A stretch of 64,000 nt of DNA from a virus (lineage: Duplodnaviria > Caudoviricetes): the IMG/VR virus record IMGVR_UViG_3300033388_005412, positions 32,001 through 96,000 of that record; one strand, given 5' to 3'. Under the pieces are notes generated by a model. That model searched no databases and was not told the DNA's origin. It worked only from the letters and a program-made list of their open reading frames with translations. Below, one piece after another: positions 26,387-36,720 of the stretch (within the stretch, counting starts at the first letter, position 1; every line of letters starts with the position of its first letter). The translations under genes were made by a program, and so were the position numbers.

Positions 26387-28480
26387 CTAATTTTCATAAA
26401 TTACAACATCACCCTCATATGTTGCCACACTAATAACTGAGTTTGTATTGCCATACCGTGCTATTGTATCATCAGGATATGTTGCAATCATATTTATTAT
26501 CTGATTTATTGTAAATGTTTCTAATTTTCCACTGTTTTCTGAATATGCCGCCGATGATACAGATGATGCAAATGGTAAATTCGTTAAATTACTGCCATCA
26601 CCATAGAAATACGTCGCCGAAGCTTTTCCTACCACATAAACATTTGTATCTATATGTACACCAAAATCATCAGTCGTTATGTTTCCTGTATCCAACGCTA
26701 TTCCTGTCACCGTAATTGTATCTTTTATAATAGCGTTATCTCCGTATAAATCATCACCGTAAATATCGCCCGCCACCCTCGTCGTCGCGCCCATTGTTAT
26801 TTCAGAACCGTCATATTCTATGCTCGTCACTCCACCACCTATATGAAAATCAATACCCGCTGTATTTTCTGAATATGCCACAAAATATCCCCCGCGAGCC
26901 CCTTGGTTAATTGCATCAGGATAATTTTCACTCCCCCCGTCAAAAATTGCCGCTCCCCCTTCTGATGAAACGAAAAATTCACCATCTCCGACATCTATTG
27001 CAAGCCCCCTATTTTTTTGGTAATCGCTTGACTTTGGTTTTATCGTCGCCAAATCAGTATTTAATACTTCGTAAGAAGATAAATATGTGCTTTCTGTATA
27101 ATAATCAAAAGAACAATGACTCTTATAATTTATCCACGAAGTTCCTATTGCCATATAAGGTTGTAAGAATGTCTGCAATGTAGTTTCATATGAGCCTGTA
27201 TATATTGTTGTACGATTTTTAACAAATCTATATGTTACTGTTGTATCGTAATGTTTTAATGTTATTAGCGCGTCGTCTCCATCGTTCATAGTGAATGACA
27301 AATCAACGCTCCTCTGTGCACCTTCTGTATCTATGTAATAAAAATAAACACCAGCGCCACCAAAACGGTTAGCTTGTTGTATATAAAATCCTATCTTTGG
27401 AAAAATGTCAGGGCTATCCCTTTTCAGTCCTATAAAATACCCCCACATTATATCCCAAATCTCTCCTTCCTCGCCTATATCATTCCGTGCCGTCATATCC
27501 CATGTAGCAGTCAACACAGTTGCTGATGAGTTAAATGTTTTATTTCTTGTAAATAGCACGGCGCCATCGTTTGGAGAAGGTGGAGTTACATCTTGTTTTA
27601 TATGTAATTCTCCTGCCTCCACATAACATCCACCAGAGTCGGTAGGGTTATCTGCATATATCCAATCATTGACAATATCCGGGTAAACATCAAAATTATC
27701 CGTAAACCGTGAGTCTGCTTTATTATTATAATCTTCTTTTTCCACAAACCCGTCAATCTTAATCGTATTCGTCGTCCCCGTCGTCCAATAAGTATCCGAG
27801 GAATAATGCACCATTGAACCGTTAAACTGCGATCTACCTGTTTTACCATCAAGAACTATATTACAAGTTGCGCCGTTTGTTAATTTTATATTTGTTGAGT
27901 TCATTATTAATGAACCATTCATTTCATCGCCTTGGGTTGAAACAAAAGCATCATAATTTCTACCGTCCAATAAATCACTGTCATGTGCTTTCCACGTTGG
28001 TGTGTCTAAAAATAATTGATAATCATAACCATGTAATCCATCAAGTTTATCACTGTTATCACTATTATCACTGTTGTCACTGTTATAACTATCATATGCT
28101 TTCCATGACGATGTATCCAAATATAATTGAAAATCTGAACTATCATACCCATCCAATAGATCACTATCATACGCCTTCCATGTTGAAGTATCTAATTTTT
28201 TCTGATATATTGATTCGGCATCGTTTTTCTGCAAATATACTGCCGGGCCTGAACTTGTAAACACAGGATCACTTTCTTCCGGTGATCCAATACCGGTTAA
28301 ATTCGATCCATCGCCGTAATATGTTGTCGCCGATGAATAACCCGTAATATATGTATGGCTTGCTATTTTAATTTCCGCGCCGTCAGTTGTTTTTATACTA
28401 TTTCCTGACATTCTTAAGGTGGCGCACACAGGTGAAGTCAATGCGGCTAAAATTATAAAAATATCTCTATATTTTCTCAC
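26387..28480 (-). CDS. Fibre-like protein with signal peptide and DSDxLDG repeats
   Basis: MRKYRDIFIILAALTSPVCA-TL; YYGDGSNLT twice, ESDPVF, three DTxxWKAxDS(D.LDG) repeats and a central lectin-like beta domain. Confidence 0.7.
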   Translation of the reverse strand: MRKYRDIFIILAALTSPVCATLRMSGNSIKTTDGAEIKIASHTYITGYSSATTYYGDGSNLTGIGSPEESDPVFTSSGPAVYLQKNDAESIYQKKLDTSTWKAYDSDLLDGYDSSDFQLYLDTSSWKAYDSYNSDNSDNSDNSDKLDGLHGYDYQLFLDTPTWKAHDSDLLDGRNYDAFVSTQGDEMNGSLIMNSTNIKLTNGATCNIVLDGKTGRSQFNGSMVHYSSDTYWTTGTTNTIKIDGFVEKEDYNNKADSRFTDNFDVYPDIVNDWIYADNPTDSGGCYVEAGELHIKQDVTPPSPNDGAVLFTRNKTFNSSATVLTATWDMTARNDIGEEGEIWDIMWGYFIGLKRDSPDIFPKIGFYIQQANRFGGAGVYFYYIDTEGAQRSVDLSFTMNDGDDALITLKHYDTTVTYRFVKNRTTIYTGSYETTLQTFLQPYMAIGTSWINYKSHCSFDYYTESTYLSSYEVLNTDLATIKPKSSDYQKNRGLAIDVGDGEFFVSSEGGAAIFDGGSENYPDAINQGARGGYFVAYSENTAGIDFHIGGGVTSIEYDGSEITMGATTRVAGDIYGDDLYGDNAIIKDTITVTGIALDTGNITTDDFGVHIDTNVYVVGKASATYFYGDGSNLTNLPFASSVSSAAYSENSGKLETFTINQIINMIATYPDDTIARYGNTNSVISVATYEGDVVIYEN
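28047..28082. repeat. In-frame 9-bp tandem repeat x4 (Asn-Ser-Asp)
   Basis: ttatcactg ttatcacta ttatcactg ttgtcactg. Confidence 0.9.
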
Positions 28481-28674
28481 GGCTCAACTCCCCATTTTTC
28501 AACCCAAATACCCAATTCACGTCTTTCTACTAAAAAATTATTATCGCTCACAATTATTCTGTATGTCCCATCCTTATTTTTATTACCTATATATATAACA
28601 CCTGTTTCAATATCGCCGCCATCGCCTGAAATATGCTGCATCTTCCTGGTAAAAGGATTTAAAATCACCCTCAT
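28477..28674 (-). CDS. Small tail-region protein
   Basis: 65 aa, NPFT motif, 4-bp overlaps with both neighbours. Confidence 0.65.
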   Translation of the reverse strand: MRVILNPFTRKMQHISGDGGDIETGVIYIGNKNKDGTYRIIVSDNNFLVERRELGIWVEKWGVEP

Positions 28675-30500
28675 ACTAAATCTCCTGGCACAATGCTATT
28701 TTTCAACTCATAAGATCTTAAAGTCGGTGTTATGAACCCGCGATTGCCGATAAATTCGCACTCAAAGACAACCTTAATATCGGCTGTACTTGATGCTGCA
28801 TATTTAATGAATAAATCATCATCATCTTCATGTTTTGTTATGGCATATCCATCAATCCAATAAGTCCCCCTTTCTAATTCCGTGCTATGAACAACCCGCT
28901 TCAGCGGATATCTATATGCGAAAGCCATTAAATGCGTAACATCAGTTATTTCCGGCTCAGAAGGCGGTTCGCACGGCACCCATATTTCACTTTCATAGTG
29001 AAAGTATTCAATCTCAATTAAATTTGAGCCTTCCAATCCTGAAAATGTATAATTATCATCACCATTCACAACAACATTTAAAACCTCATTGTTTATTTTA
29101 CCCGAAAAATTAAGATGTCTGATTGTACATTTATAATCCTCCTGTAAATTATGAACAACTGTGATATCCTGATCAGCCTGAAGCTCAATATACATTCGCC
29201 GCTGTATCACATTTATCTTTTTCTTTAAAACAATTTCACATTTTAACTCATCCGGACCCAGGTATGTTGTCACGTCAGCGTCATCCACCTGACTTAATAC
29301 TGTAATTGGAATCTTATCGCCAATTTTAATAATTCTGACAACTTTGTTCTCCTCATCATACTTAACAAAATAATCAACATCTTTTACAAAATTTCCCTGC
29401 ATTCCTTCTATATAAACACTTTCAACACCATCTTTAACTATTTCATAATTATCCATCGTGAGGGATAAAAAATCAATTATCCCGGTCTCACCCAAAACAG
29501 TTAATTTCTCATTTTTGTATTCCCAATCATCTTCATCAACATGTTCAAATTTCTGATATCCGCTTCTGACCATTAAACTGTCTAAAACATAATTAGCATC
29601 CAACACACACGGCAGTGAAGTTGATTCTTTCCACTCAATTCCGCTCATGCCGCCTTTCGCCGTAATTAAATCATCCACTAAGCCAACCGAACCGATAGGT
29701 ATTCGATCGCCCGGTACGCCATCTTTGATAATTCTGATATATGAATTCAATTTAGAACCATTTGGTACACAAATATCTCTTGTTAAACTTAATTTATATA
29801 AATTATCAATATCAAACTCTTCACTTATAAATGTTCCTCGTGTTTTATACCGTGCCAAACACGCGTCGATGTAATTAATTGAAACTAAAGACGCGATACC
29901 TGTTATTTTTATCTCAACAGCCTTTCTCGGCCAGAAATTCCAAACATGCTGCTGGCCGGTTCTCTCGCCGAGGTTCTCAAATTCATTATTTGACGCATTC
30001 TTAACACTTAATGTCAGAGCAATATCATTATTTGTTCTGATAAAAATTTTATTAACTAATTCACGTTTCTCAAAACTCAATAAAAACTCAAAAGGTGTTT
30101 CAGTATCTGTCTGGTATGCCCAGAAACCCTCGTTATCTTCAAAAATTTTCTTAAAATCAGTACCTGGGACAGGACGACCGGAAATCATCGACATCGGATA
30201 CATAGCTTTTTTATAATAATCCGGGTTAAATAAAACTCTTTTAGATCTGAATTTCAAAGCATAACCGTCTTTATCATAAACAAGATTATCCTCGCTTTTA
30301 ACTAAATTAAGATCATGAAATGAATCACCATATTCAACCGGCTGTTTTTTCAAATTTATAAATTCATAATACGATGCCAAAATTTTCCTGCGCTGACGTA
30401 ATATCTGATCAACAGTGCTTCTATATAACTTTTCAATATATGTTTTAATATAATTAAAATTTGTATTAAGTGATTCTATAAATTTATCCTGATTATTCAT
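28671..30500 (-). CDS. Putative baseplate/tail structural protein
   Basis: 609 aa, acidic and beta-rich; C-terminal TPTLRSYEL; structural operon context. Confidence 0.55.
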   Translation of the reverse strand: MNNQDKFIESLNTNFNYIKTYIEKLYRSTVDQILRQRRKILASYYEFINLKKQPVEYGDSFHDLNLVKSEDNLVYDKDGYALKFRSKRVLFNPDYYKKAMYPMSMISGRPVPGTDFKKIFEDNEGFWAYQTDTETPFEFLLSFEKRELVNKIFIRTNNDIALTLSVKNASNNEFENLGERTGQQHVWNFWPRKAVEIKITGIASLVSINYIDACLARYKTRGTFISEEFDIDNLYKLSLTRDICVPNGSKLNSYIRIIKDGVPGDRIPIGSVGLVDDLITAKGGMSGIEWKESTSLPCVLDANYVLDSLMVRSGYQKFEHVDEDDWEYKNEKLTVLGETGIIDFLSLTMDNYEIVKDGVESVYIEGMQGNFVKDVDYFVKYDEENKVVRIIKIGDKIPITVLSQVDDADVTTYLGPDELKCEIVLKKKINVIQRRMYIELQADQDITVVHNLQEDYKCTIRHLNFSGKINNEVLNVVVNGDDNYTFSGLEGSNLIEIEYFHYESEIWVPCEPPSEPEITDVTHLMAFAYRYPLKRVVHSTELERGTYWIDGYAITKHEDDDDLFIKYAASSTADIKVVFECEFIGNRGFITPTLRSYELKNSIVPGDLV

Positions 30501-30511
30501 TTATTCATCCT

Positions 30512-32128
30512 TTATTCATCCTTTGTATATGGATTTCCCGTCACAAATATCGGATAAAAATTTTTAATAACCGGCGTCTCCATATCATCTCCTTTAACCA
30601 ATATAACTTTAATTCTTATTTTTTTTGATTCAGTATCTATATATGGTGAATTTGTATTCAAATCAACTCCCGTAATAGAATTTTCTTTTCTTGTCTGAGA
30701 TATATCTGAATTTATATAAATCTTCTTAGGCAGCGGTTTAAAATTTTTAATTATATCTTCTCTATTAACAGGTATAATTCTGTGCCACACCAAACCATCA
30801 TCAACTGAAACAAAATATGATATCCCATCAACAGAATCATCGCTGTGTATTTTAACCGCGGTGCAATTATCCGGTATATCTATTTCTTTCGTAACGCCTT
30901 CCGATATATCTTCATATGTGTTATGGCCTATTTTTATGTCTGTTATGCCCATAGCATAGCGTTTTCTCTTTGACTCCCGTGATTGAACCGTTAGATACCC
31001 CCCAGTGCCCATTAAAACGTCTAAAACAGGTGTTTCGGTGTATTCAACCCCTGGAAGCCAATGGTCCATAATCCACGATGGAGCATCATTAATAACAGTC
31101 GTTATGTTTCTATTATCATCCCCGCTCATTTTCATAACTTTATCCAGGACATATGGTCCCGTTACATCAACCCAGCTTTCATTATTGGCTATCCTGAAAT
31201 AACCCAAATCATATTTCATATAATAACCGTGCTCCTGCTTAAAAGTTAAATTAATCGATTTTATTTTATCTTCTGTATTAAAAAAAGGTGACTCAAATGT
31301 AAATACTGTTTCTTTTGTTATCAATGTTTCCGGTATATCAATCGGCTTCTGCTCATATCCGTTTGACGCAACGGCTAAAACAATTTTATAATAAGTACTT
31401 GATGAGAATGAATGCGGTATTACAGTTATGGTGTTGATATCCATACCCTCAGAAAACACAAATTTCACAGTTGTCGTTAAATTTATTTCAGTATCTTTTA
31501 TCTGCTGAGAAAATACGGCGTCTTCGCGTTCCTCCTGGAGAACCACACCCTCGGCCTCCCAGAATGTGTCTTTATCATCAACAATAACGGCACCATCGTT
31601 GGCAGCCGGCCTGATTCCGTCCTCACCTGTTTCATTTCCTTCTATCCAGCGGCCATATGATTTTCCATAATAAACTGAAATATCCTTATCGCTTGAAATT
31701 GTGTTCAGAACAGGCGGCGCCTTCAATGTCGGGACAGCATCGGTATATGACTTAACACCGAGAACCGTTGTATTGAATTCGGAAATTGATGGGTTCTCTT
31801 TCAAGAACAAATCATCATACATTTTAACTTCTTCATCTGGTTTTTTGATCTGCTCAACACTGTTCCACGCGCTTAAAATTCTGGATTTTATATTTTGCTG
31901 TTCATTTTTAATTAAGTTTATATCACGCTCAATATAATCAATATATTTATTAATCACTTCGGACGACACAAAATCAGCTTTTTTAATCAGTTGAATATCC
32001 TGCGACATGCTGTTTTTAATTCTAAGAAAAAAATCAGTGATAGCTTTTAAAGAATTCTTCAAATAATCTATTGATTTAACAGCTTTTGTAACCAGTCTGA
32101 ATACTTCCTGTTCGATTTCTTTTATCAT
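30512..32128 (-). CDS. Putative baseplate/tail structural protein
   Basis: 538 aa; helical N-terminus; C-terminal TPVIKNF. Confidence 0.55.
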   Translation of the reverse strand: MIKEIEQEVFRLVTKAVKSIDYLKNSLKAITDFFLRIKNSMSQDIQLIKKADFVSSEVINKYIDYIERDINLIKNEQQNIKSRILSAWNSVEQIKKPDEEVKMYDDLFLKENPSISEFNTTVLGVKSYTDAVPTLKAPPVLNTISSDKDISVYYGKSYGRWIEGNETGEDGIRPAANDGAVIVDDKDTFWEAEGVVLQEEREDAVFSQQIKDTEINLTTTVKFVFSEGMDINTITVIPHSFSSSTYYKIVLAVASNGYEQKPIDIPETLITKETVFTFESPFFNTEDKIKSINLTFKQEHGYYMKYDLGYFRIANNESWVDVTGPYVLDKVMKMSGDDNRNITTVINDAPSWIMDHWLPGVEYTETPVLDVLMGTGGYLTVQSRESKRKRYAMGITDIKIGHNTYEDISEGVTKEIDIPDNCTAVKIHSDDSVDGISYFVSVDDGLVWHRIIPVNREDIIKNFKPLPKKIYINSDISQTRKENSITGVDLNTNSPYIDTESKKIRIKVILVKGDDMETPVIKNFYPIFVTGNPYTKDE

Positions 32129-32142
32129 TCTTTATTCCTTTT

Positions 32143-33711
32143 CTATTCCTCGTTTAGTTTAACATCGAATGACAATATCATCGGTGTCACGGACGCTGTA
32201 TTATCCGTATTTGTTTTCATCTCTATTCTAATTATAACATAATCAGAATAATGCTTGTATGTTACATTAATTATAGAACCCTTCAAATTTTTATTAAAAA
32301 ATATTTTATTTTTTCTAATTATACATTGATTATCCTGTGTAAATTCATCAACAACATCATACGAAATACCATTAACCCGTATATCGATATTACTTGAGAC
32401 CTCAATAACCGGATAACTTGACAATGTTATAACATTTCCAGTCATATTTGAAAACACCTCGGATTTATCAAATAACTGAGTCAATAAAACCGCCGAATTC
32501 GCGGCCGGAACCGTAACTCTGCTATCATCACTTTGAACTATCTCATACTCAATTGTTGAATCAGGTGGTTTATATTCTTCACTCACAATTTTAACTGTTT
32601 TTATAGGATCATCCATCGTATATTTTCTACTTGTAAATATACCAGGCTCCGTGCCGCTGTATGTTTCCAGTAAAAAAGAAATATTATAACAACCTATTAT
32701 ATATTCATACACATTTGAGTATTTTGTTGTTTTCACAAATGAAGCCGGCCGATCATCCAGTAAAACATCATTCACAATTTTATTTTTTTCCTCAAGCAGC
32801 GAGACATCATCATTATTAACTATTCCCTCTAAATAAGTCTCGGTATTATCTATTGTTTTTTCCCATATAAAATCATATTTCGGCTGAATCAGTGTTAGTT
32901 TTATTTTCTTGGCCCTGAGCGGGTCAGTCTTGACATGAAGCACGATCTTTTTCTCACTTATATCAACTCTATAATCATCAGCGCTGACAGTTTCCCAATC
33001 ATCTGAATCATCGGTTTTCGGTATTTCCAGTTTATTGATATTCACAACATATTTTCCGGCCGATTGTATGATGAGATTATTAAACGAAATTACGCCGCCA
33101 AAATCGAATTCCAACACGGCCCCGGCATCGCATTTTGAATTGGATAAAATACTCGTTATCCAATATCCCGACTCGGTGCCCGGGAATGTGTTTTCCGGCG
33201 AAGGCTGATTACCTGATACGGCAATAACATTTTCAGGAAAAATGTCCGAATCAATACTTATCGGAAAATACTGCTTTCTCATGTTAGGGGCAAGAGAAAT
33301 CACGCCGTCTTTGACCTCTATCATATTTATTTTATAACTTTTAATCGTGTTATCAACCATTCGTAAGAACTGTGTTGAAGAATCTGTATATGCTTTAACA
33401 ACATCCTTCCTGAACATCTCATGCTTGCCGATTAAACTGGCAATTAAATTGTTTTCACTTATCAGCGCTAATAATGTAACAATAATATCTTCCAATTTAT
33501 GTACAATTTTCACCGGAAGTATTTTGCTGTAACCGATAATGCGCGATATAACATACGGCTGCCGCAAATCTACTAATCTCTCTGAAAATGTTTTAGTCAG
33601 AACATCCTGCCACACAATTTTCTTATCCTGTATCTCACTGTTAAGCAGTTTCTCAAGCTCACGCCGCTGAGCATCAGAAAATATTGAAGGTAATTTGTCT
33701 AATAGTTTCAT
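32143..33711 (-). CDS. Putative baseplate/tail structural protein
   Basis: 522 aa; helical N-terminus; C-terminal TPMILSFDV. Confidence 0.55.
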   Translation of the reverse strand: MKLLDKLPSIFSDAQRRELEKLLNSEIQDKKIVWQDVLTKTFSERLVDLRQPYVISRIIGYSKILPVKIVHKLEDIIVTLLALISENNLIASLIGKHEMFRKDVVKAYTDSSTQFLRMVDNTIKSYKINMIEVKDGVISLAPNMRKQYFPISIDSDIFPENVIAVSGNQPSPENTFPGTESGYWITSILSNSKCDAGAVLEFDFGGVISFNNLIIQSAGKYVVNINKLEIPKTDDSDDWETVSADDYRVDISEKKIVLHVKTDPLRAKKIKLTLIQPKYDFIWEKTIDNTETYLEGIVNNDDVSLLEEKNKIVNDVLLDDRPASFVKTTKYSNVYEYIIGCYNISFLLETYSGTEPGIFTSRKYTMDDPIKTVKIVSEEYKPPDSTIEYEIVQSDDSRVTVPAANSAVLLTQLFDKSEVFSNMTGNVITLSSYPVIEVSSNIDIRVNGISYDVVDEFTQDNQCIIRKNKIFFNKNLKGSIINVTYKHYSDYVIIRIEMKTNTDNTASVTPMILSFDVKLNEE

Positions 33712-33712
33712 T

Positions 33713-36103
33713 TTACTTTCCTATAATATCCTTTACAACTTCCGAAAACGGCTCATCATATAATATATCATTTTCATCCACAATCAAAAAATAGACCCCT
33801 GCGGCAATATGTTTCTCAATTTCTTTTTTAATATACATCATGCATTTCTCAGGCGTATCAAATTTCGTATCTAGCTCAGCTTTTAATGCCCGCGGTATTT
33901 TATAGAAAATAATTGAGTTCGGAATCTGTTCGCCGTTTACATAGCCGATATCCATATAGCCTCGAGACAGTGGAAATTTTTTATTTCTGATGTCTATGCT
34001 GCCTAAATCATCATCTTCTTTGATGCCACCCCCTGTCCGCCGAATATCAGTATATACAGCCGTGCTTATCATAGTGATATCGGCCAACTTTATATAATCA
34101 TGATCTGTTCCCAAACTGACATTTATTTCTTCCCCCGTTAAACAACTGTAATATGTATCTCCAGGAATTCCGTTTGTCATCACTTTATAAACCATCCTTT
34201 CTATCGGATCCAAAGGATGTAATACTGAATAATTCGAATATGACGGCCGCAAATACAACTGAAATTCATTACCGGCAATTACGTCTTTAGACACATTAGG
34301 ATATTGCGCGATATATGAATCGGCTTTTCTTAAATACGTCACCCTCACATTATCATCAGATTTTAATCTTCGGGATAATTCAATAATTCCCGAATAATGA
34401 TAATTTATAATTTCACTGTTATCAATTAATTCATTATTTATATAAATATTCAAACCTCTTATGCTTATGTAGTTAATATTCGTATCAACTATCAAATCAA
34501 CAACGCCGCTCGGGGCCGGTGTAAATCTGGCGTATTTATGTTCTTCATATGTACCGGGAATAACATAATCCGGATACATGCCTTCATTACATAAAAACTT
34601 ATTTATCTTAAATTTATAATCTCCTATAATTTTCGCCTTTTCTCTTATTATCTTCCAACAGAATATTGGCTCACTGACCTGGTTATCAACCATAAGAGGT
34701 ATTTCATCGTACTCGGGAAGATAAAAATAATCTCCCGTATCATCAAAATCATCACCTTTGAATATGCCGTTTATAACATTTATCTTATTCTGATTATCTA
34801 AATAAACTTTAATCTGCTTCTCGACAATCGGCGCCATCCAAAGCGTATCAGTATCGGCCCATCCCGGAAAACAGTTATCATATAACGTCTCAGTTAATGT
34901 TACAGTTCCATCGGCGTAATACCAGTCGTTCACTTCAATCGCCGAATACTTTTTATATAATAATTCGCAATTTACAATTTCCTTTTTATTTAATATTATC
35001 CCGCCGTCCTCGTCAACAGCATCATAAATCAAAGTATATTCCTGATCATCCGGTAAAAGCAGCCGGATTCTGTATGGCGAAGTCAAAGACGCCGTATGCC
35101 ATATAATAGATTTACTATATCTATATAAATATATGGGATTTATCCATGTATCCTCGACGACATGATCGAATATGGCCATATTATAGAGATAACTGTTATT
35201 CGCTCTTATATAAAAATCCTGGCCTGTTAAACTATCTATAAAACTTTCAGCAAGAGTATTTATATTCTGAGACGCTGTTCCGGATTCACTTAATAATGTA
35301 ACTTTTATTTCCGATGACACGCCGTCCTTTGCCCATGTTACATATAATTTATACCAAACACCCTGTGTGACGGCCAAAGTGCCCTTGGAAACGCCGTCAA
35401 CAAGAAAATCCAACTTGTATTCTGTTATTGAATGTGTATATACAAAATTAACCTCAACATCGCCGCCTTTAAATGATAATACCGGTTCATCAACATCGCT
35501 AGTTCTCTCTTTTGCCATGAAATATATCTCAAATTGCCCTTCGTCGGCCAGCAACGTAGAACTATAATCAACTCTGCCATTTGATAAACACATATCATGA
35601 TTTGTATATGGTAAATCCTGACCGACATTGTTAAGAAAACTATAAGACGTTCCCGACATGTTTATTCCTAATTCTGTTTTGTCGTCCAATGAATCGGCGT
35701 GTAAAGCTTCATTGTTATTTAAAGGATAATCAGCACGAGAACCAATATCAATGCTGCCATATTCAACATTTACTGGAACTCTCTTGTTATCGCTGTCATA
35801 TAATTTAATATTCTGAATATTCACCGCATCAAATTTAGGCTGATACTGATAAAACAAAGGAACACCAAGAGTCGTCTCCTTGTCTGTAAATATAACATTA
35901 TCATTCGGAACATCTTCAACATATAATTCATCAAATCCAGATTTTTTAATTAATTTTTCCTCAGCTGAAACTATGTTATATTGATTATACTTATAAGTTG
36001 AACTATAATCAACTAACAAGGGAAAATAACTGACTTTCTCCGAACTAATCGGCACACAATCATCCGAGATGATTCTTTGATAATTAAAATCTATGTTATC
36101 CAC
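33713..36103 (-). CDS. Putative baseplate wedge-like structural protein with a LamG-like insert
   Basis: 796 aa, GTG start; central beta-sandwich (EGQFEIYF...WYKLYVTW...YNMAIFD); C-terminal DIRRTGGG domain. Confidence 0.5.
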   Translation of the reverse strand: MDNIDFNYQRIISDDCVPISSEKVSYFPLLVDYSSTYKYNQYNIVSAEEKLIKKSGFDELYVEDVPNDNVIFTDKETTLGVPLFYQYQPKFDAVNIQNIKLYDSDNKRVPVNVEYGSIDIGSRADYPLNNNEALHADSLDDKTELGINMSGTSYSFLNNVGQDLPYTNHDMCLSNGRVDYSSTLLADEGQFEIYFMAKERTSDVDEPVLSFKGGDVEVNFVYTHSITEYKLDFLVDGVSKGTLAVTQGVWYKLYVTWAKDGVSSEIKVTLLSESGTASQNINTLAESFIDSLTGQDFYIRANNSYLYNMAIFDHVVEDTWINPIYLYRYSKSIIWHTASLTSPYRIRLLLPDDQEYTLIYDAVDEDGGIILNKKEIVNCELLYKKYSAIEVNDWYYADGTVTLTETLYDNCFPGWADTDTLWMAPIVEKQIKVYLDNQNKINVINGIFKGDDFDDTGDYFYLPEYDEIPLMVDNQVSEPIFCWKIIREKAKIIGDYKFKINKFLCNEGMYPDYVIPGTYEEHKYARFTPAPSGVVDLIVDTNINYISIRGLNIYINNELIDNSEIINYHYSGIIELSRRLKSDDNVRVTYLRKADSYIAQYPNVSKDVIAGNEFQLYLRPSYSNYSVLHPLDPIERMVYKVMTNGIPGDTYYSCLTGEEINVSLGTDHDYIKLADITMISTAVYTDIRRTGGGIKEDDDLGSIDIRNKKFPLSRGYMDIGYVNGEQIPNSIIFYKIPRALKAELDTKFDTPEKCMMYIKKEIEKHIAAGVYFLIVDENDILYDEPFSEVVKDIIGK

Positions 36104-36120
36104 TTAGTTTGTTCACTCTC

Positions 36121-36720
36121 TTATAATTGTTTTGCTCTATATAAACCTGTTGTTGCCGAAAAACCCGCGCTACAACTACCTGGAATTATAAGGTCAATTT
36201 TTATTGACTCCGCATAAGGAAACCATAAAAGTTTAGTGTAACCAGCTCCTGTAACCAAATTGTAACCTATAGATTCCATTTCATATGTAACACTTGTACC
36301 GAAAGATGCCTCCCTAACAACCACACCATTATCAATATTTACTCTAACAGTTCCAGTTCCTGCGCCACCATGTGTAACAGCTAATATCATTGCAAATAAT
36401 ATTCCCTTTTCATTCGTAATATTAATCATATTAAAAACTTGTTCAACACCAGTATAGGTGCTGACAGGTGTACTACCACTTATTTCATCCTGAATTTGCA
36501 AATTAAACATATTATCCTCCAAATCGTAGGTGTTCGCACCCACCTTAAATACCAATTTCCCGCCACTTTCATACATGGTAAGCGAATCATCTTTCGCCAC
36601 TGAAAAATCATTCTTCACGCTATACAAAGTATCCGGTTTAACTATTTCTAAACTTCCAACTTGTAAATCAACATCTCTTAATAAATAATTAAAGACCTTT
36701 TGTTTCAAATTTTTAATCAT
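36121..36720 (-). CDS. Hypothetical tail-fibre-associated protein
   Basis: 199 aa; ATGA overlap with the fibre gene. Confidence 0.55.
   Translation of the reverse strand: MIKNLKQKVFNYLLRDVDLQVGSLEIVKPDTLYSVKNDFSVAKDDSLTMYESGGKLVFKVGANTYDLEDNMFNLQIQDEISGSTPVSTYTGVEQVFNMINITNEKGILFAMILAVTHGGAGTGTVRVNIDNGVVVREASFGTSVTYEMESIGYNLVTGAGYTKLLWFPYAESIKIDLIIPGSCSAGFSATTGLYRAKQL

Noticed and set aside
22323-28480. Specific host assignment from the ST-rich signal-peptide proteins or the LpxH-like gene
   Set aside because: Only suggestive of a diderm bacterium; cannot be supported without database or CRISPR-spacer searches.
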